A DNA stretch of 64,000 nt from an uncultured Clostridia bacterium. GTDB taxonomy: Bacteria; Bacillota; Clostridia; Oscillospirales; Acutalibacteraceae. Below are positions 41,855 to 52,495 of the stretch, in pieces. The stretch covers positions 918 to 64,917 of the forward strand of contig CANQBM010000008.1 in NCBI GenBank assembly GCA_947589575.1. The letters run 5' to 3'. The notes under the pieces were generated by a model, which had not been told where the DNA came from, made no database searches, and saw only the letters and a list, made by a program, of their open reading frames with translations. The first letter of the stretch is position 1. The number at the start of each line of letters is the position of its first letter. A program made the translations under genes and the position numbers.

Positions 41855-42585
41855 TAATTTATTTTGTTCAGATAAAGCCCCTGAGGCGGAGCGGTTTTAC
41901 CTGCAAGTTTTCTGTCTTTTGAATTTATTATATTGATGAGCTCTCCCGCTTTGATTTTACCCTCTGATACAAAAAGGAGAGTTCCGACCATAATTCTTAC
42001 CATATTGTAAAGAAAACCGTCTGCCTCAACCTTGAAATACACCATATCATTTTCACGCCATACCTCAAAATTCTTCACGGTTCTAACATAATCCTCAACA
42101 TCACTTTTTGCCGAACAAAAGGCGCGGTAATCATATGTGCCTATAAATGCCTTACATTCCCTGTTCAGAAAACCGGCGTCAATATTGTACTTATAATGAA
42201 GGGCATATTTAGAGCAAAACGGATTTCTGAATTTACCGTTATAAATTTTATAAACATATTCCTTTGACTTACAGGAATAACGAGGGTGAAAGCTGCCGCA
42301 AACCTCACGGCACCCGATAACCGATATATCGGGAGGAAGTTTTGTATTAAGCGCAAAAATAACTCCGTTATCACTTATATTCATATCGGTTTTTAAAGTC
42401 AGGCAGTACATATTTGCGTGCACTCCCGTATCAGTCCTGCTGCATCCCGTTACATCAAGCCTCTCTGAAAAGACCTCCTCAACCGCGTTTTGAAAAACCT
42501 CCTGAACAGATAAGGCATTTTGCTGAACCTGCCAGCCGTGATAATTACTGCCGTCATATTGAATTGTTAAAAGCAAATTTCTCAT
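41851..42585 (-). CDS. truA: tRNA pseudouridine(38-40) synthase
   Basis: YDGSNYHGWQ, GCSRTDTGVHA, FLYNMVRIMVG, TAPPQGLYL. Confidence 0.97.
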   Translation of the reverse strand: MRNLLLTIQYDGSNYHGWQVQQNALSVQEVFQNAVEEVFSERLDVTGCSRTDTGVHANMYCLTLKTDMNISDNGVIFALNTKLPPDISVIGCREVCGSFHPRYSCKSKEYVYKIYNGKFRNPFCSKYALHYKYNIDAGFLNRECKAFIGTYDYRAFCSAKSDVEDYVRTVKNFEVWRENDMVYFKVEADGFLYNMVRIMVGTLLFVSEGKIKAGELINIINSKDRKLAGKTAPPQGLYLNKINY

Positions 42586-43394
42586 ATAAAATTCTTAAAA
42601 AAATAATTAGTAACAATAATTGCCGTTATAAAAATTAATACAACCGCGAGAGCCAAAAAGTCCCTTGCAGAAAATCTCATTACCTTCATCTTTGTTCTGC
42701 CCGCGCCGCCGCGGTAGCACCTGCACTCCATTGCGTAAGCAAGTTCACCCGCGCGTCTGAAAGAGGATATAAACAGCGGAATAATTACGGGAATAAGAGC
42801 CTTTGCTCTGTGAATAAGTCCGCCGGAATCCATCTCCGCGCCGCGTGATTTCTGCGCCGCCATTATCTTTTCAATCTCTTCAATAAGAGTGGGAATAAAT
42901 CTGAGCGCAATCGTCATTGTCATAGCTATTGAGTGAACGTCAACCTTAATAAGCTTAAGCGGCTTAAGCAGTCTTTCAAGCGCGTCCGTTAGTTCTGTCG
43001 GCGAGGTTGTATATGTCAAAAGCGAGCTGATAACAACAAGCGTAATAATACGTATTGCCATAAACACAGCCGTTTCAATTCCGCTTTGTGTTATCTTAAG
43101 TCTTCCGATCTGAACGAGGGGTTCTCCTCTGCCGTAAAAAAGATTAAGCAGTGATGTAATTATAATGATTACAGCAAGAGGCTTAATGCTTTTAAGCACC
43201 GTTTTAAGCGGTATTTTAGAGATAAGCACAAGCATAACAGCACAGATTACGACCACTGTAAGAGATACAATATTTTTACATATAAAAATTGATACGATAA
43301 GAAGAAGAGTTAATATAACCTTCATTCTTGCGTCCATTTTATGAATAACAGAATTTCCGGGAAAATACTGACCGATTGTTATATCCGAAATCAA
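42582..43394 (-). CDS. ecfT: ECF transporter T component
   Basis: ITIGQYFPGNSVIHKMDAR, ALRFIPTL, AQKSRG, AMECRCY. Confidence 0.95.
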   Translation of the reverse strand: MISDITIGQYFPGNSVIHKMDARMKVILTLLLIVSIFICKNIVSLTVVVICAVMLVLISKIPLKTVLKSIKPLAVIIIITSLLNLFYGRGEPLVQIGRLKITQSGIETAVFMAIRIITLVVISSLLTYTTSPTELTDALERLLKPLKLIKVDVHSIAMTMTIALRFIPTLIEEIEKIMAAQKSRGAEMDSGGLIHRAKALIPVIIPLFISSFRRAGELAYAMECRCYRGGAGRTKMKVMRFSARDFLALAVVLIFITAIIVTNYFFKNFI

Positions 43395-43396
43395 AC

Positions 43397-44260
43397 TCAG
43401 GCACCTCCCCCGAAAAGTTTTTTCATTTCAGCAACGCCCTGCTCTACTGTATATATATTAGTCCGGCAGTCAAATCCCAAAGCCTTTAGCCTGAGAAAAA
43501 TATCGGTAATTTCAGGGACATTGAGCCCCATCGCTTTAAGCTCCTCACCGTGTGAATAAACTTCGTCAACGGTACCGTTCATTGCAAGAGTACCTTTATT
43601 CATAACAAGTACCCTTTTACAAATCTCCGCTACATCCTCCATAGAATGTGAAACGAGTATAACAGTATTACCCATACGATACTGATAATCCTGTATTAAC
43701 TTTAAAATAACCTTTCTTCCTCTTGGATCAAGACCCGCGCACGGCTCGTCAAGTATAAGCACTTTAGGCTCCATAGCTATTATTGACGCTATTGCAACCC
43801 TGCGTTTCTGTCCGCCCGACAGGTCAAAAGGCGACTTTTCCATAACCTCCTCGGACAATCCGACGAAAGCCGCGCTTTCTCTTACACGCCTGTCAATTTC
43901 CGCCCTTTCAAGCCCCATCTGCTTAGGTCCAAAAGCAATCTCTCTGTAAACAGTTTCCTCAAATATCTGATACTCAGGATATTGAAAGCATAATCCGACT
44001 GCAAAACGCACCTGTCTTATATTTTTTTTATTCTCCTTAGTCCAAATATCTTTGCCGTCAACAAAAACCTTTCCGCTATGCGGCTGAAGAAGACCGTTAA
44101 GATGCTGAATCAGCGTTGACTTGCCTGAGCCCGTATGACCGATTATTCCGATTAAATCGCCCTGCTCCGCGTCAAAGCTGACATTTTCGATTGCTGCGGT
44201 TTCAAACGGCGTTCCTATACTGTAAAGATATTTTAAATTTTCACAGGCAAGATACGCCAT
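43397..44260 (-). CDS. ecfA2: ECF transporter ATPase A2
   Basis: GHTGSGKST, FQYPEYQIFEETV, LSGGQKRR, LDEP. Confidence 0.95.
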   Translation of the reverse strand: MAYLACENLKYLYSIGTPFETAAIENVSFDAEQGDLIGIIGHTGSGKSTLIQHLNGLLQPHSGKVFVDGKDIWTKENKKNIRQVRFAVGLCFQYPEYQIFEETVYREIAFGPKQMGLERAEIDRRVRESAAFVGLSEEVMEKSPFDLSGGQKRRVAIASIIAMEPKVLILDEPCAGLDPRGRKVILKLIQDYQYRMGNTVILVSHSMEDVAEICKRVLVMNKGTLAMNGTVDEVYSHGEELKAMGLNVPEITDIFLRLKALGFDCRTNIYTVEQGVAEMKKLFGGGA

Positions 44261-45159
44261 TATTTTTCCTCCAACTTACTCTTTAAAAATTCAACACATT
44301 CATCTGCGTTAAGTATTGCTTCTCCGCTTTTAAGTCCCAAGCGGTATATTAGCTCCGTGGACTGCGGCACATCAAGACCGAGCGCCTTAACCTCGTCAAC
44401 TCTTGAAAATACATTCTGCGGAGCGCCGTCCATTTTTATCTTGCCGTTATCAATAACAATAACCCTGTCAGCCTGTACTGCCTCGTCCATATAGTGAGTG
44501 ATGAGAATAATTGTTATGCCCTCCTCACGATTAAGCTTTTTAACAGTCTCAAGCACCTCGCGCCTTCCGCTCGGGTCAAGCATGGCAGTCGGCTCGTCAA
44601 GAACAATACAATCCGGCTTCATTGCGATAATTCCCGCAACGGCTACTCTCTGCTTTTGTCCTCCCGAAAGCTTACTCGGCGCTTTTGTTCTGTATTCATA
44701 CATACCCACGGTTTTGAGAGCCTCGTCGACCCTTCTTCTGCATTCGTCTGACGGAATACCGAGATTTTCTACACCGAAAGCAACGTCTTCCTCGACTATT
44801 GAGGACACAATCTGGTTGTCGGGATTTTGAAAAACCATACCGACCTTTTTTCTGATGTCAAATATTGAGTCGTCATCTTTCGCGGTCTGTCCGTCAACTA
44901 TAACCTCACCGCTTTTTGCGAAGAGAATACCGTTTGTGAGCTTTGCAATCGTTGACTTACCCGAACCGTTATGACCGAGAACAGCCACAAACGAGCCCTT
45001 TTTAATTGTAAGATTAAGATTTTCCAGTACCTTGATTTCTTTTTTAGGAGTTAATGAACTGCTTTTTGAATCCCTTTTGGATTGGGATTCAGCGTTATCA
45101 TAATCTTCGTTCTCGAGTACATAGGAAAAATCTACATTTTTAAATTCAATCAGGTTCAT
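44260..45159 (-). CDS. ecfA1: ECF transporter ATPase A1
   Basis: GHNGSGKST, FQNPDNQIV, LSGGQKQR, LDEP. Confidence 0.95.
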   Translation of the reverse strand: MNLIEFKNVDFSYVLENEDYDNAESQSKRDSKSSSLTPKKEIKVLENLNLTIKKGSFVAVLGHNGSGKSTIAKLTNGILFAKSGEVIVDGQTAKDDDSIFDIRKKVGMVFQNPDNQIVSSIVEEDVAFGVENLGIPSDECRRRVDEALKTVGMYEYRTKAPSKLSGGQKQRVAVAGIIAMKPDCIVLDEPTAMLDPSGRREVLETVKKLNREEGITIILITHYMDEAVQADRVIVIDNGKIKMDGAPQNVFSRVDEVKALGLDVPQSTELIYRLGLKSGEAILNADECVEFLKSKLEEK

Positions 45160-45161
45160 TA

Positions 45162-46031
45162 TTATTCAGCAGTCCATATTGCAGACGAACCGCAAGGGAG
45201 AACCTGGTTTTTTGATGAAACAGGTAGTCCGATTTCGTCCGCTTCGACCTTACCGCCCTTTTCTTTTGTAATAACATCATCAATAATATATTTCATAACA
45301 GACGCAGAAAGCCCTGTTGTATAAGAGTTAAGAAGCACCATTATAGGCTCATCTGAAAGAAGGCGGGAAATAAGCCTGACAAAATCATAAATACTATCCT
45401 CAAGATGCCAGATTTCCCCTTTTGGACCTCTGCCGTAGCTCGGAGGGTCAAGAATAATTATATCATACTTATTACCGCGTCTTATTTCACGTGAGACAAA
45501 TTTCATACAGTCATCAACTATCCAGCGTACATTTTCCTCATCAACGCCTGAAAGTTTCGCGTTTTCCTTTGCCCACTGCACCATACCTTTTGACGCGTCA
45601 ACGTGAACAACCTCCGCGCCCTCCTTAAGGCACGCGATTGTAGCCCCACCCGTATAAGCAAAAAGATTAAGTACCTTAATGTCCTCTCTGCCTGACTGAC
45701 GGATAAGCTGTCTTGTATAATCCCAGTTCACAGCCTGCTCCGGAAAAAGCCCAGTATGCTTAAATCCCATAGTTTTTATGCTGAAAGTCAAGTCCTTGTA
45801 CCTGACCTGCCAAGCGTCAGGAATACGCTTGAAAACCTGCCATTTCCCTCCGCCTGTATGAGAACGCACATATTTGGCGCTCGGCTGATACCACAACCTG
45901 TGTTCCTTTTCACTTTTCCATATTACCTGAGGATCGGGACGAATTAATATTTCTCTTGTCCAGCGTTCCAGCTTTTCACCGCAGGAGCAGTCAATCAATT
46001 CGTAATCCTTCCAGTCTTTTGAATATCTCAT
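45162..46031 (-). CDS. Class I SAM-dependent methyltransferase (RlmI/RlmK-like catalytic domain)
   Basis: HTGLFPEQ, LNLFAYTGGAT, VDASK, LDPPSYG. Confidence 0.85.
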   Translation of the reverse strand: MRYSKDWKDYELIDCSCGEKLERWTREILIRPDPQVIWKSEKEHRLWYQPSAKYVRSHTGGGKWQVFKRIPDAWQVRYKDLTFSIKTMGFKHTGLFPEQAVNWDYTRQLIRQSGREDIKVLNLFAYTGGATIACLKEGAEVVHVDASKGMVQWAKENAKLSGVDEENVRWIVDDCMKFVSREIRRGNKYDIIILDPPSYGRGPKGEIWHLEDSIYDFVRLISRLLSDEPIMVLLNSYTTGLSASVMKYIIDDVITKEKGGKVEADEIGLPVSSKNQVLPCGSSAIWTAE

Positions 46032-46042
46032 CCGGTAATCCT

Positions 46043-47395
46043 TTATGATAATCTTTCTCGCACAACGTCAGCAATAGTGTTTCCGAGTTTCGTAATCTGG
46101 TCAATATCCGCGCCTTCGAGCATTACCCTCACAAGAGGCTCAGTACCGCTGACACGCACAAGGACTCTGCCCTCGCCGGAAAGCTCCATTTCAGCCTGCT
46201 GTACGGCAGATATAATATACTCATCATTGTTGTACTTTTTCTTACCCTCGTCAGTAACCTTAACATTAATAAGCACCTGTGGATATACACGCATTATACC
46301 TGCAAGCTCCGAAAGCTTTTTACCTGATTTCACTACAGTTTCAATAAGCTGAACACCCGAAAGTTCCCCGTCTCCCGTGCTTGCGTAATCAAGGAATATA
46401 ACGTGACCGCTTTGCTCACCGCCGATATTATAGCCGTCCTTTAGCATTTTTTCAAGCACATATCTGTCGCCGACAGCAGTCTTAGCACATTCTATATCAT
46501 TTTCCTTGCAGAATTTAAAAAAGCCCATATTGCTCATAACTGTGACAACGGCTGTATTTTTCTTAAGAGTACCCTCTTCCTTCATTCTCTTTGAGCAGAT
46601 AGCAATTACCTTGTCGCCGTCTACAAGTTCTCCGTTTTCGTCAACGGCCAGCATTCTGTCTGCGTCGCCGTCAAACGCAAGACCCAAATCAAGACCTGCG
46701 TCCTTTACAAAGCGCATAAGCTCCCCAGGATGAGTTGAACCGCAGTTATCGTTAATATTAACTCCGTCGGGCGTATCCGAAAGCATTATGCACCTTGCGC
46801 CAAGAGCTGTAAAAATATTCTTAGCGCACACAGACGCGCTGCCGTTTGCGCAGTCGAGAGCTATTGAAAGACCGTCAAAACGTACTGACGCGGTTGAAAC
46901 AATATGCTCAACATAATCACTGACTGCGGTTTTGCAGTAAAGCCTGTTGCCTACCTCTCCGCCTAAAAGCACGGGGATTTTCTGCGTGTTGTCAAGAATT
47001 ATAGATTCTATTTCCTCTTCAATAGCGTCATCAAGCTTGTAGCCCGTTTTCTGGAAAATCTTTATTCCGTTATATTCACACGGATTGTGAGACGCAGAAA
47101 TCATAACGCCTGCCTCACAGCCGTATTGGCAGACAAGATAAGCAACCGCCGGAGTAGGAACAATACCTACGGAAAGGACGTTACATCCTACCGAAGTAAA
47201 ACCTGCCGTAAGCGCCGCTTCAAGCATATCGCCCGATGCTCTTGTATCCTTACCTATAAGAACTGTCGGCTTAGCCGACTTGCTTTCTTTAATTAAAACC
47301 ATAGCTGCCGCTCTGCCTATCTGCAAAGCGAGCTCCGGAGTAAGATTTTCGTTAGCAATTCCTCTTACGCCGTCAGTACCGAATAATCTACCCAT
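46043..47395 (-). CDS. glmM: Phosphoglucosamine mutase
   Basis: FGTDGVRG, MISASHNP, DGDADR, GGEQSGH, RVSGTEPLVRVM. Confidence 0.97.
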   Translation of the reverse strand: MGRLFGTDGVRGIANENLTPELALQIGRAAAMVLIKESKSAKPTVLIGKDTRASGDMLEAALTAGFTSVGCNVLSVGIVPTPAVAYLVCQYGCEAGVMISASHNPCEYNGIKIFQKTGYKLDDAIEEEIESIILDNTQKIPVLLGGEVGNRLYCKTAVSDYVEHIVSTASVRFDGLSIALDCANGSASVCAKNIFTALGARCIMLSDTPDGVNINDNCGSTHPGELMRFVKDAGLDLGLAFDGDADRMLAVDENGELVDGDKVIAICSKRMKEEGTLKKNTAVVTVMSNMGFFKFCKENDIECAKTAVGDRYVLEKMLKDGYNIGGEQSGHVIFLDYASTGDGELSGVQLIETVVKSGKKLSELAGIMRVYPQVLINVKVTDEGKKKYNNDEYIISAVQQAEMELSGEGRVLVRVSGTEPLVRVMLEGADIDQITKLGNTIADVVRERLS

Positions 47396-47419
47396 ACATC
47401 AATACTCCTTCTCTGTAAT

Positions 47420-48454
47420 TTATAATAAACTCTGCTGTCCGTCCTGCTCAATGCCCAAATGCTTGTATGCAAGAGCAGTAGCGCATCTTCCGCGCGGCGT
47501 CCTTGAAAGAAAGCCGATCTGCATGAGATACGGCTCATATACGTCCTCAATAGTAACCGCTTCTTCTCCGATTGCGGCGGCAATCGTTTCAAGTCCTACG
47601 GGACCGCCGCTGTAATTTTTAATCATAGTTTCAAGAAGAACTCTGTCAATATTATCAAGACCGAGCTCATCAATTTCCATTCTGTTCAGCGCGTCAACGG
47701 ACGCCTCACGGCTGATAACTCCGTCATACTTAACCTGCGCAAAATCGCGGCTGCGCTTTAAAAGCCTGTTTGCAATACGGGGTGTACCGCGTGAACGTGA
47801 TGCAATTTCAGCCGCTCCCCCATCATCAATGGGTATATCAAGTATACTTGCGCTCCGTTTTACAATAGTTGCAAGCTGTGGCTTGGAATACATTTCAAGT
47901 CTGAAAATCACGCCAAATCTGTCACGCAGAGGAGCTGAAAGCTGGCCGGCTCTTGTTGTTGCGCCTATCAGCGTGAAATGAGGCAAATCAAGTCTTATTG
48001 AGCGCGCCGAAGGACCCTTGCCTATAATAATATCAAGCGCGCCGTCCTCCATTGCGGGATAAAGCACTTCTTCAACCTGTCTGTTAAGGCGGTGAATCTC
48101 GTCAATGAAAAGCACGTCACCTTCCTGAAGATTTGTAAGAAGAGCCGCAAGGTCGCCCTGCTTTTCAATAGCAGGGCCGCTTGTAATACGGATATTCACT
48201 CCCATTTCATTTGCGATAATGCCTGCCAGCGTTGTTTTGCCGAGACCCGGAGGCCCGTACAGCAGAACGTGGTCAAGCGCCTCTCCCCTGCCTCTTGCAG
48301 CCTCGATATATATTTTTAAATTTTCTTTTACCTTATCCTGTCCGATATATTCTTCAAGAAATTTAGGTCTAAGAGAATTTTCAATATCATTATCTTCGGG
48401 AGTGAAATCAGAAGTAATTATTCTGTTTTCAAAATCCATTTCCGTTTCCTGCAT
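47420..48454 (-). CDS. ruvB: Holliday junction helicase RuvB
   Basis: [37 protein letters not shown]. Confidence 0.98.
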   Translation of the reverse strand: MQETEMDFENRIITSDFTPEDNDIENSLRPKFLEEYIGQDKVKENLKIYIEAARGRGEALDHVLLYGPPGLGKTTLAGIIANEMGVNIRITSGPAIEKQGDLAALLTNLQEGDVLFIDEIHRLNRQVEEVLYPAMEDGALDIIIGKGPSARSIRLDLPHFTLIGATTRAGQLSAPLRDRFGVIFRLEMYSKPQLATIVKRSASILDIPIDDGGAAEIASRSRGTPRIANRLLKRSRDFAQVKYDGVISREASVDALNRMEIDELGLDNIDRVLLETMIKNYSGGPVGLETIAAAIGEEAVTIEDVYEPYLMQIGFLSRTPRGRCATALAYKHLGIEQDGQQSLL

Positions 48455-48464
48455 AACCTATCTC

Positions 48465-49070
48465 CTATAAATTCTTAGCAAGCCGTTTAAGTCCCTGCCT
48501 TATCATTTCATCAACAGAGAGCGATTTATCCATACTGCCGACAACAACTGCGGCATCGGATTGTGAGTATCCGAGCGCAACGAGTGCTTCAACAGCCTCG
48601 GCAGAACCGCTTCCCTCCATAACCGACGAGGCGCTCGCAACAGCCTGTGACGCATCGCCTGATGAAATTGAAACCATTTTGTCCTTAAGCTCAAGAACAA
48701 TTCGCTCAGCAGTTTTTTTACCGACTCCCTGGGCTCTTGTAATTGCCTTAGAATCCCCTGAAGCAATACACAGCGCAAACTTGTCGGGAGAGAGTTCGGA
48801 TAGAATTGATACCGCCGCTTTAGGTCCGATACCCGAAACCGTAATCAGTAGCTTAAATGCTTCAAGCTCCGAAAGGCTTGCAAAACCGTATAAATCCATT
48901 GAGTCCTCACGGACTGCAAGATGGGTATAGACATTGACCTTATCACCTATTCTGCCTATCTCTTTAACAGTATTGAGCGTGGTAAAGCATTTAAAACCTA
49001 CTCCGCCGCATTCCACAACTATAAAATTAACATCGCTAACTGTAAGCGTACCTTTTAGATTATACAACAT
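48465..49070 (-). CDS. ruvA: Holliday junction DNA-binding protein RuvA
   Basis: VECGGVG, HLAVRED..LYGF, VSGIGPK, GVGKKTAERI, ALVALGY. Confidence 0.97.
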   Translation of the reverse strand: MLYNLKGTLTVSDVNFIVVECGGVGFKCFTTLNTVKEIGRIGDKVNVYTHLAVREDSMDLYGFASLSELEAFKLLITVSGIGPKAAVSILSELSPDKFALCIASGDSKAITRAQGVGKKTAERIVLELKDKMVSISSGDASQAVASASSVMEGSGSAEAVEALVALGYSQSDAAVVVGSMDKSLSVDEMIRQGLKRLAKNL

Positions 49071-49074
49071 AAAA

Positions 49075-49575
49075 TCACCCTGATTCCTTTAAAGAGCCCA
49101 TAAGCGAACCGCTGCAGTGGCCGTGGCATATTGCCATAGCCAGCGCATCGGCTGTATCGTCAGGCTTTGGAATTTTTTCAAGACCGAGCATAATTCTCGT
49201 CATTTCCTGCACCTGCTTTTTTTCAGCTCTGCCGTAGCCAACAACCGACTGCTTAACCTGAAGAGGCGTGTACTCAAAAATATCAACGCCGTAATTCTGT
49301 GCAGATAAGGTTATAACTCCCCTTGCCTGCGCAACGTCAATAACAGTTTTGGCATTACTGTTATAAAACAGTTTTTCCATACTCATAACCTCAGGCTTAT
49401 ATTTTTCAAACAAATAACACATATCATTATAAATTGTCTGAAGCCTGAGCGGAAAAGGAGTGTGGGCGTCGGTAGTTATAGCGCCGTAGCCTAAAACCCT
49501 GAATTTATTAGCTTTATATTCTAAGACTCCCCAACCCACGATAGCATATCCCGGATCGATACCAAGAATAATCAT
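49075..49575 (-). CDS. ruvC: Holliday junction resolvase RuvC
   Basis: ILGIDPG, QARGV, YTPLQVKQSVVGYGRAEKKQV, DDTADALA. Confidence 0.97.
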   Translation of the reverse strand: MIILGIDPGYAIVGWGVLEYKANKFRVLGYGAITTDAHTPFPLRLQTIYNDMCYLFEKYKPEVMSMEKLFYNSNAKTVIDVAQARGVITLSAQNYGVDIFEYTPLQVKQSVVGYGRAEKKQVQEMTRIMLGLEKIPKPDDTADALAMAICHGHCSGSLMGSLKESG

Positions 49576-49726
49576 ATATACTTCTCCATTTTAGATTTAG
49601 TCAATTATAACACGACAGGAAATAATATGCAATAAATAATATATAAATTATATATGAACAGTTAAGCAAAAAAAATCACCGGTACGGCTGTAACGGTGAT
49701 TTCTATTATTGACTATTTACAGCGCT

Positions 49727-50290
49727 TTATCCTTTTAAGAAGTGAACAAATTTTTCAAGCTCGGTCACATTAAAGGTATAATTGCCTGCATCTGTGTTTG
49801 GAATATAATATCTTGCACAAACCTCGCCGTTTAATACGGTAAACGCCTGTTTTAAAGTTGATATCATATAGTCGGCGGACTGCCTCGCGTTTGAACCGCT
49901 GACAATTACTGCTCCAACCCTTTTATGCTTTTCAATGGGATGCTTTGCTCCTCTTTTAAACCGGGCGCTGTAGTAACGCTGAAAGCGGTCAATAACCGCC
50001 TTGAGAGGAGCGGGAAAAAAATTATTGTAAACAGGGGTAAAAAAGGCTATGTAATCCGCCTGTTCAAAATCCTCAAAGAATAAATCCAAATCCTTATTTG
50101 AACAGCCGTTATGATACTCGCAATACTTACAGTCACAGCAGGGCGCAGGCGCCATTTTAAACGTGTCGTATTCTACGATATTACAATCGTAAAAATACTT
50201 TTTAACCTGATTAATCATTTCGGCAGAAACACCGTTTTCTCTCGGCGAGCCGTTAATAATCAATAATTTTCTCATCTTATCACCGTCCAT
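49727..50290 (-). CDS. Flavodoxin-fold NAD(P)H-dependent FMN reductase / iron-sulfur flavoprotein-like
   Basis: INGSPRENG, compact CxxCxxCx5C (CCDCKYCEYHNGC), TPVY; start probably 50275. Confidence 0.8.
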   Translation of the reverse strand: MDGDKMRKLLIINGSPRENGVSAEMINQVKKYFYDCNIVEYDTFKMAPAPCCDCKYCEYHNGCSNKDLDLFFEDFEQADYIAFFTPVYNNFFPAPLKAVIDRFQRYYSARFKRGAKHPIEKHKRVGAVIVSGSNARQSADYMISTLKQAFTVLNGEVCARYYIPNTDAGNYTFNVTELEKFVHFLKG

Positions 50291-50371
50291 AAGTATATCA
50301 TAAAATTATATTGTTTTAAAGTGTAAAATATGCTAATATGCTCATAAATTATATTGTGAGGTTTTATATAT

Positions 50372-51538
50372 ATGATTTATAGACTTATAGACAATATGGT
50401 TAAAAAAGAAAGCAAAAGCTCCCAAACAGCACGGGAAAAACTCGGTATACTCAGCGGAATCATCGGAATAATACTCAATCTTGTACTTTGCTTAGTGAAG
50501 TTTTTTGTCGGTATACTCACAGGCTCTGTTTCGATAACAGCCGATGCGGTCAACAATCTTTCGGACGCCGGTTCGGGAATTGTAACTATTGCGGGGGCAA
50601 GACTGGCAAATAAGCCTGTCGACGAGGAGCATCCGTTCGGCCACGGACGTATTGAATATATTTGCGCGCTCATAATTTCTTTTTTTATTTTCATTATGAG
50701 TTTTGAACTTTTCAAAAATTCGGTAAAAAAAATAGCAGATCCGGGTGAAATAAAATTTAATATATGGTATATCATAATACTTTCAGCGACAATATTAATT
50801 AAACTCTTTATGGCGCGGTTTAACAGTATTTTATATAAGATTACAGATAATATAAGTTTGAAAGCGGTCAAGCAGGACAGTCTTAATGACTGTCTCGCTA
50901 CGGGCGCGGCAATAGCTGCTCTTCTTATCAGCTCACTTACCTCGTTCAAAAAAGCGGACGGAATAACGGGCTTGGCTGTAGCCGCTGTTATTTTCATAAC
51001 GGGAGTAAATATTGTCAGAGATATTTCAGGAAAACTTCTCGGGCAGCCGCCGTCTGAAGAGCTTGTAAAAAAGATTGAAAACATTATGATGAGCGAGGAA
51101 AAGATTATCGGCGTTCACGACTTAATTGTCCATGATTACGGAGCAGGAAGAATTATTGCGTCAGCTCATGCGGAAGTGCCTTCAACATCTGATATTGTGG
51201 AAATACACGATATAATTGACAGAGCGGAAAAGAAAATTTCAAAAGAGCTTAAAATCGTTATCTGCATTCATATGGACCCTGTTGTTGTCAATGATAAAGA
51301 AGTTGAAAAATACAAGACCCTTACAAACAAAATAATTAACAGCATTAATCCTGAATACAGTTTTCACGATTTCAAAGTGGTAAACGGACCGACACATACA
51401 AATCTTATTTTCGACCTTACAATACCTTATGACAAAAATATAAAAACCGCGGAGGTATTGTCAGAGATGACCAAAAAATTCCGGTCAGCAGATGAAAAAA
51501 TAAATCTTATTGTGACTGTTGAACATTCGTATGTATAA
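50372..51538 (+). CDS. Cation diffusion facilitator (CDF) transporter
   Basis: SITADAVNNLSD, HPFGHGRIEY, DSLND, HDLIVHDYG; extra C-terminal domain. Confidence 0.92.
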   Translation: MIYRLIDNMVKKESKSSQTAREKLGILSGIIGIILNLVLCLVKFFVGILTGSVSITADAVNNLSDAGSGIVTIAGARLANKPVDEEHPFGHGRIEYICALIISFFIFIMSFELFKNSVKKIADPGEIKFNIWYIIILSATILIKLFMARFNSILYKITDNISLKAVKQDSLNDCLATGAAIAALLISSLTSFKKADGITGLAVAAVIFITGVNIVRDISGKLLGQPPSEELVKKIENIMMSEEKIIGVHDLIVHDYGAGRIIASAHAEVPSTSDIVEIHDIIDRAEKKISKELKIVICIHMDPVVVNDKEVEKYKTLTNKIINSINPEYSFHDFKVVNGPTHTNLIFDLTIPYDKNIKTAEVLSEMTKKFRSADEKINLIVTVEHSYV

Positions 51539-51551
51539 AATCAATTAACAT

Positions 51552-51586
51552 TAAACGCCCGAAGGCAGTTTGCCTTCGGGCGTTTA
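51552..51586. terminator. Bidirectional terminator (CDF / ilv-leu operon)
   Basis: TAAACGCCCGAAGGCA-GTT-TGCCTTCGGGCGTTTA. Confidence 0.85.
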
Positions 51587-51596
51587 TTTAATTATT

Positions 51597-51986
51597 TTAC
51601 TCGTCTACTCTGTAATTAACAGCGTTTTCTTTACACCAATCAATAACCTTTTTCATAAGATATTCTTTTTCAAATTCGTCAAAACCGGCGGAAATATCCC
51701 TATAAGCATTAAAATATTTCCAAAAGGTTTCAACGCAGTCATATGACGAAAGCTTGTCAAATTTTGCAGATACCTTTGAATTATTAAGGGATTTGATATA
51801 CGCCCTGATAACTTCCTCGTTGCTTATTGTGAGAAACGGAATAAACCCGAGTTCTAATAATTTAGTATAATCCTCACAGGGAAGGTCGCTGTATTTATAA
51901 ATTGAATAATCGGTACGCGAAAACCAATATTCAGTTGTTGAACCCCACGCGTAGCGCAGATTTTTCTGGGTTAAAACAAGTTGCAT
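51597..51986 (-). CDS. Hypothetical protein
   Basis: 129-aa ORF with RBS, 15 nt after the leuD stop, ends at a terminator; no motif recognised. Confidence 0.7.
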   Translation of the reverse strand: MQLVLTQKNLRYAWGSTTEYWFSRTDYSIYKYSDLPCEDYTKLLELGFIPFLTISNEEVIRAYIKSLNNSKVSAKFDKLSSYDCVETFWKYFNAYRDISAGFDEFEKEYLMKKVIDWCKENAVNYRVDE

Positions 51987-52001
51987 TTTTCTGCCTCTTA
52001 C

Positions 52002-52481
52002 TTATTTTATTGAATTCATTAAACCGCCGTTTTTAATAATATTTTGTATAAACTCGGGAAAAGGCTGAGCCTGATAGGTTTTGCCCGTTGTGCAGTTTGT
52101 AATGACACCGCTGTCAAAATCGACATCAACCTCGTCCCCGTCTTTAATGTCCTTTGCCGCCTCGTCACACTCAAGAATTGCAAGGCCTATGTTGATTGCA
52201 TTACGGTAAAAAATACGCGCAAAGGTGGATGCAATTACGCAGGATATACCCGACGCCTTAATGGCAATAGGGGCATGCTCGCGCGAAGAACCGCAGCCGA
52301 AATTTGCCTGCGCAACCATTATATCGCCCGGTTTTACCTTATTGACAAATTCCGCATCAATATCCTCCATACAATGCGATGCAAGCCACGCATCATCACT
52401 TTTGTTAAGATAACGCGCGGGGATAATAACATCTGTATCAACATTATCTCCGAACTTATGAACTAAACCTTTTGCTTTCAT
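52002..52481 (-). CDS. leuD: 3-isopropylmalate dehydratase small subunit
   Basis: [36 protein letters not shown]. Confidence 0.95.
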   Translation of the reverse strand: MKAKGLVHKFGDNVDTDVIIPARYLNKSDDAWLASHCMEDIDAEFVNKVKPGDIMVAQANFGCGSSREHAPIAIKASGISCVIASTFARIFYRNAINIGLAILECDEAAKDIKDGDEVDVDFDSGVITNCTTGKTYQAQPFPEFIQNIIKNGGLMNSIK

Positions 52482-52495
52482 TACGCTCTCCTCCC

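Noticed and set aside
50377-51084. 235-aa minus-strand ORF
   Set aside because: Antisense shadow of the CDF transporter.
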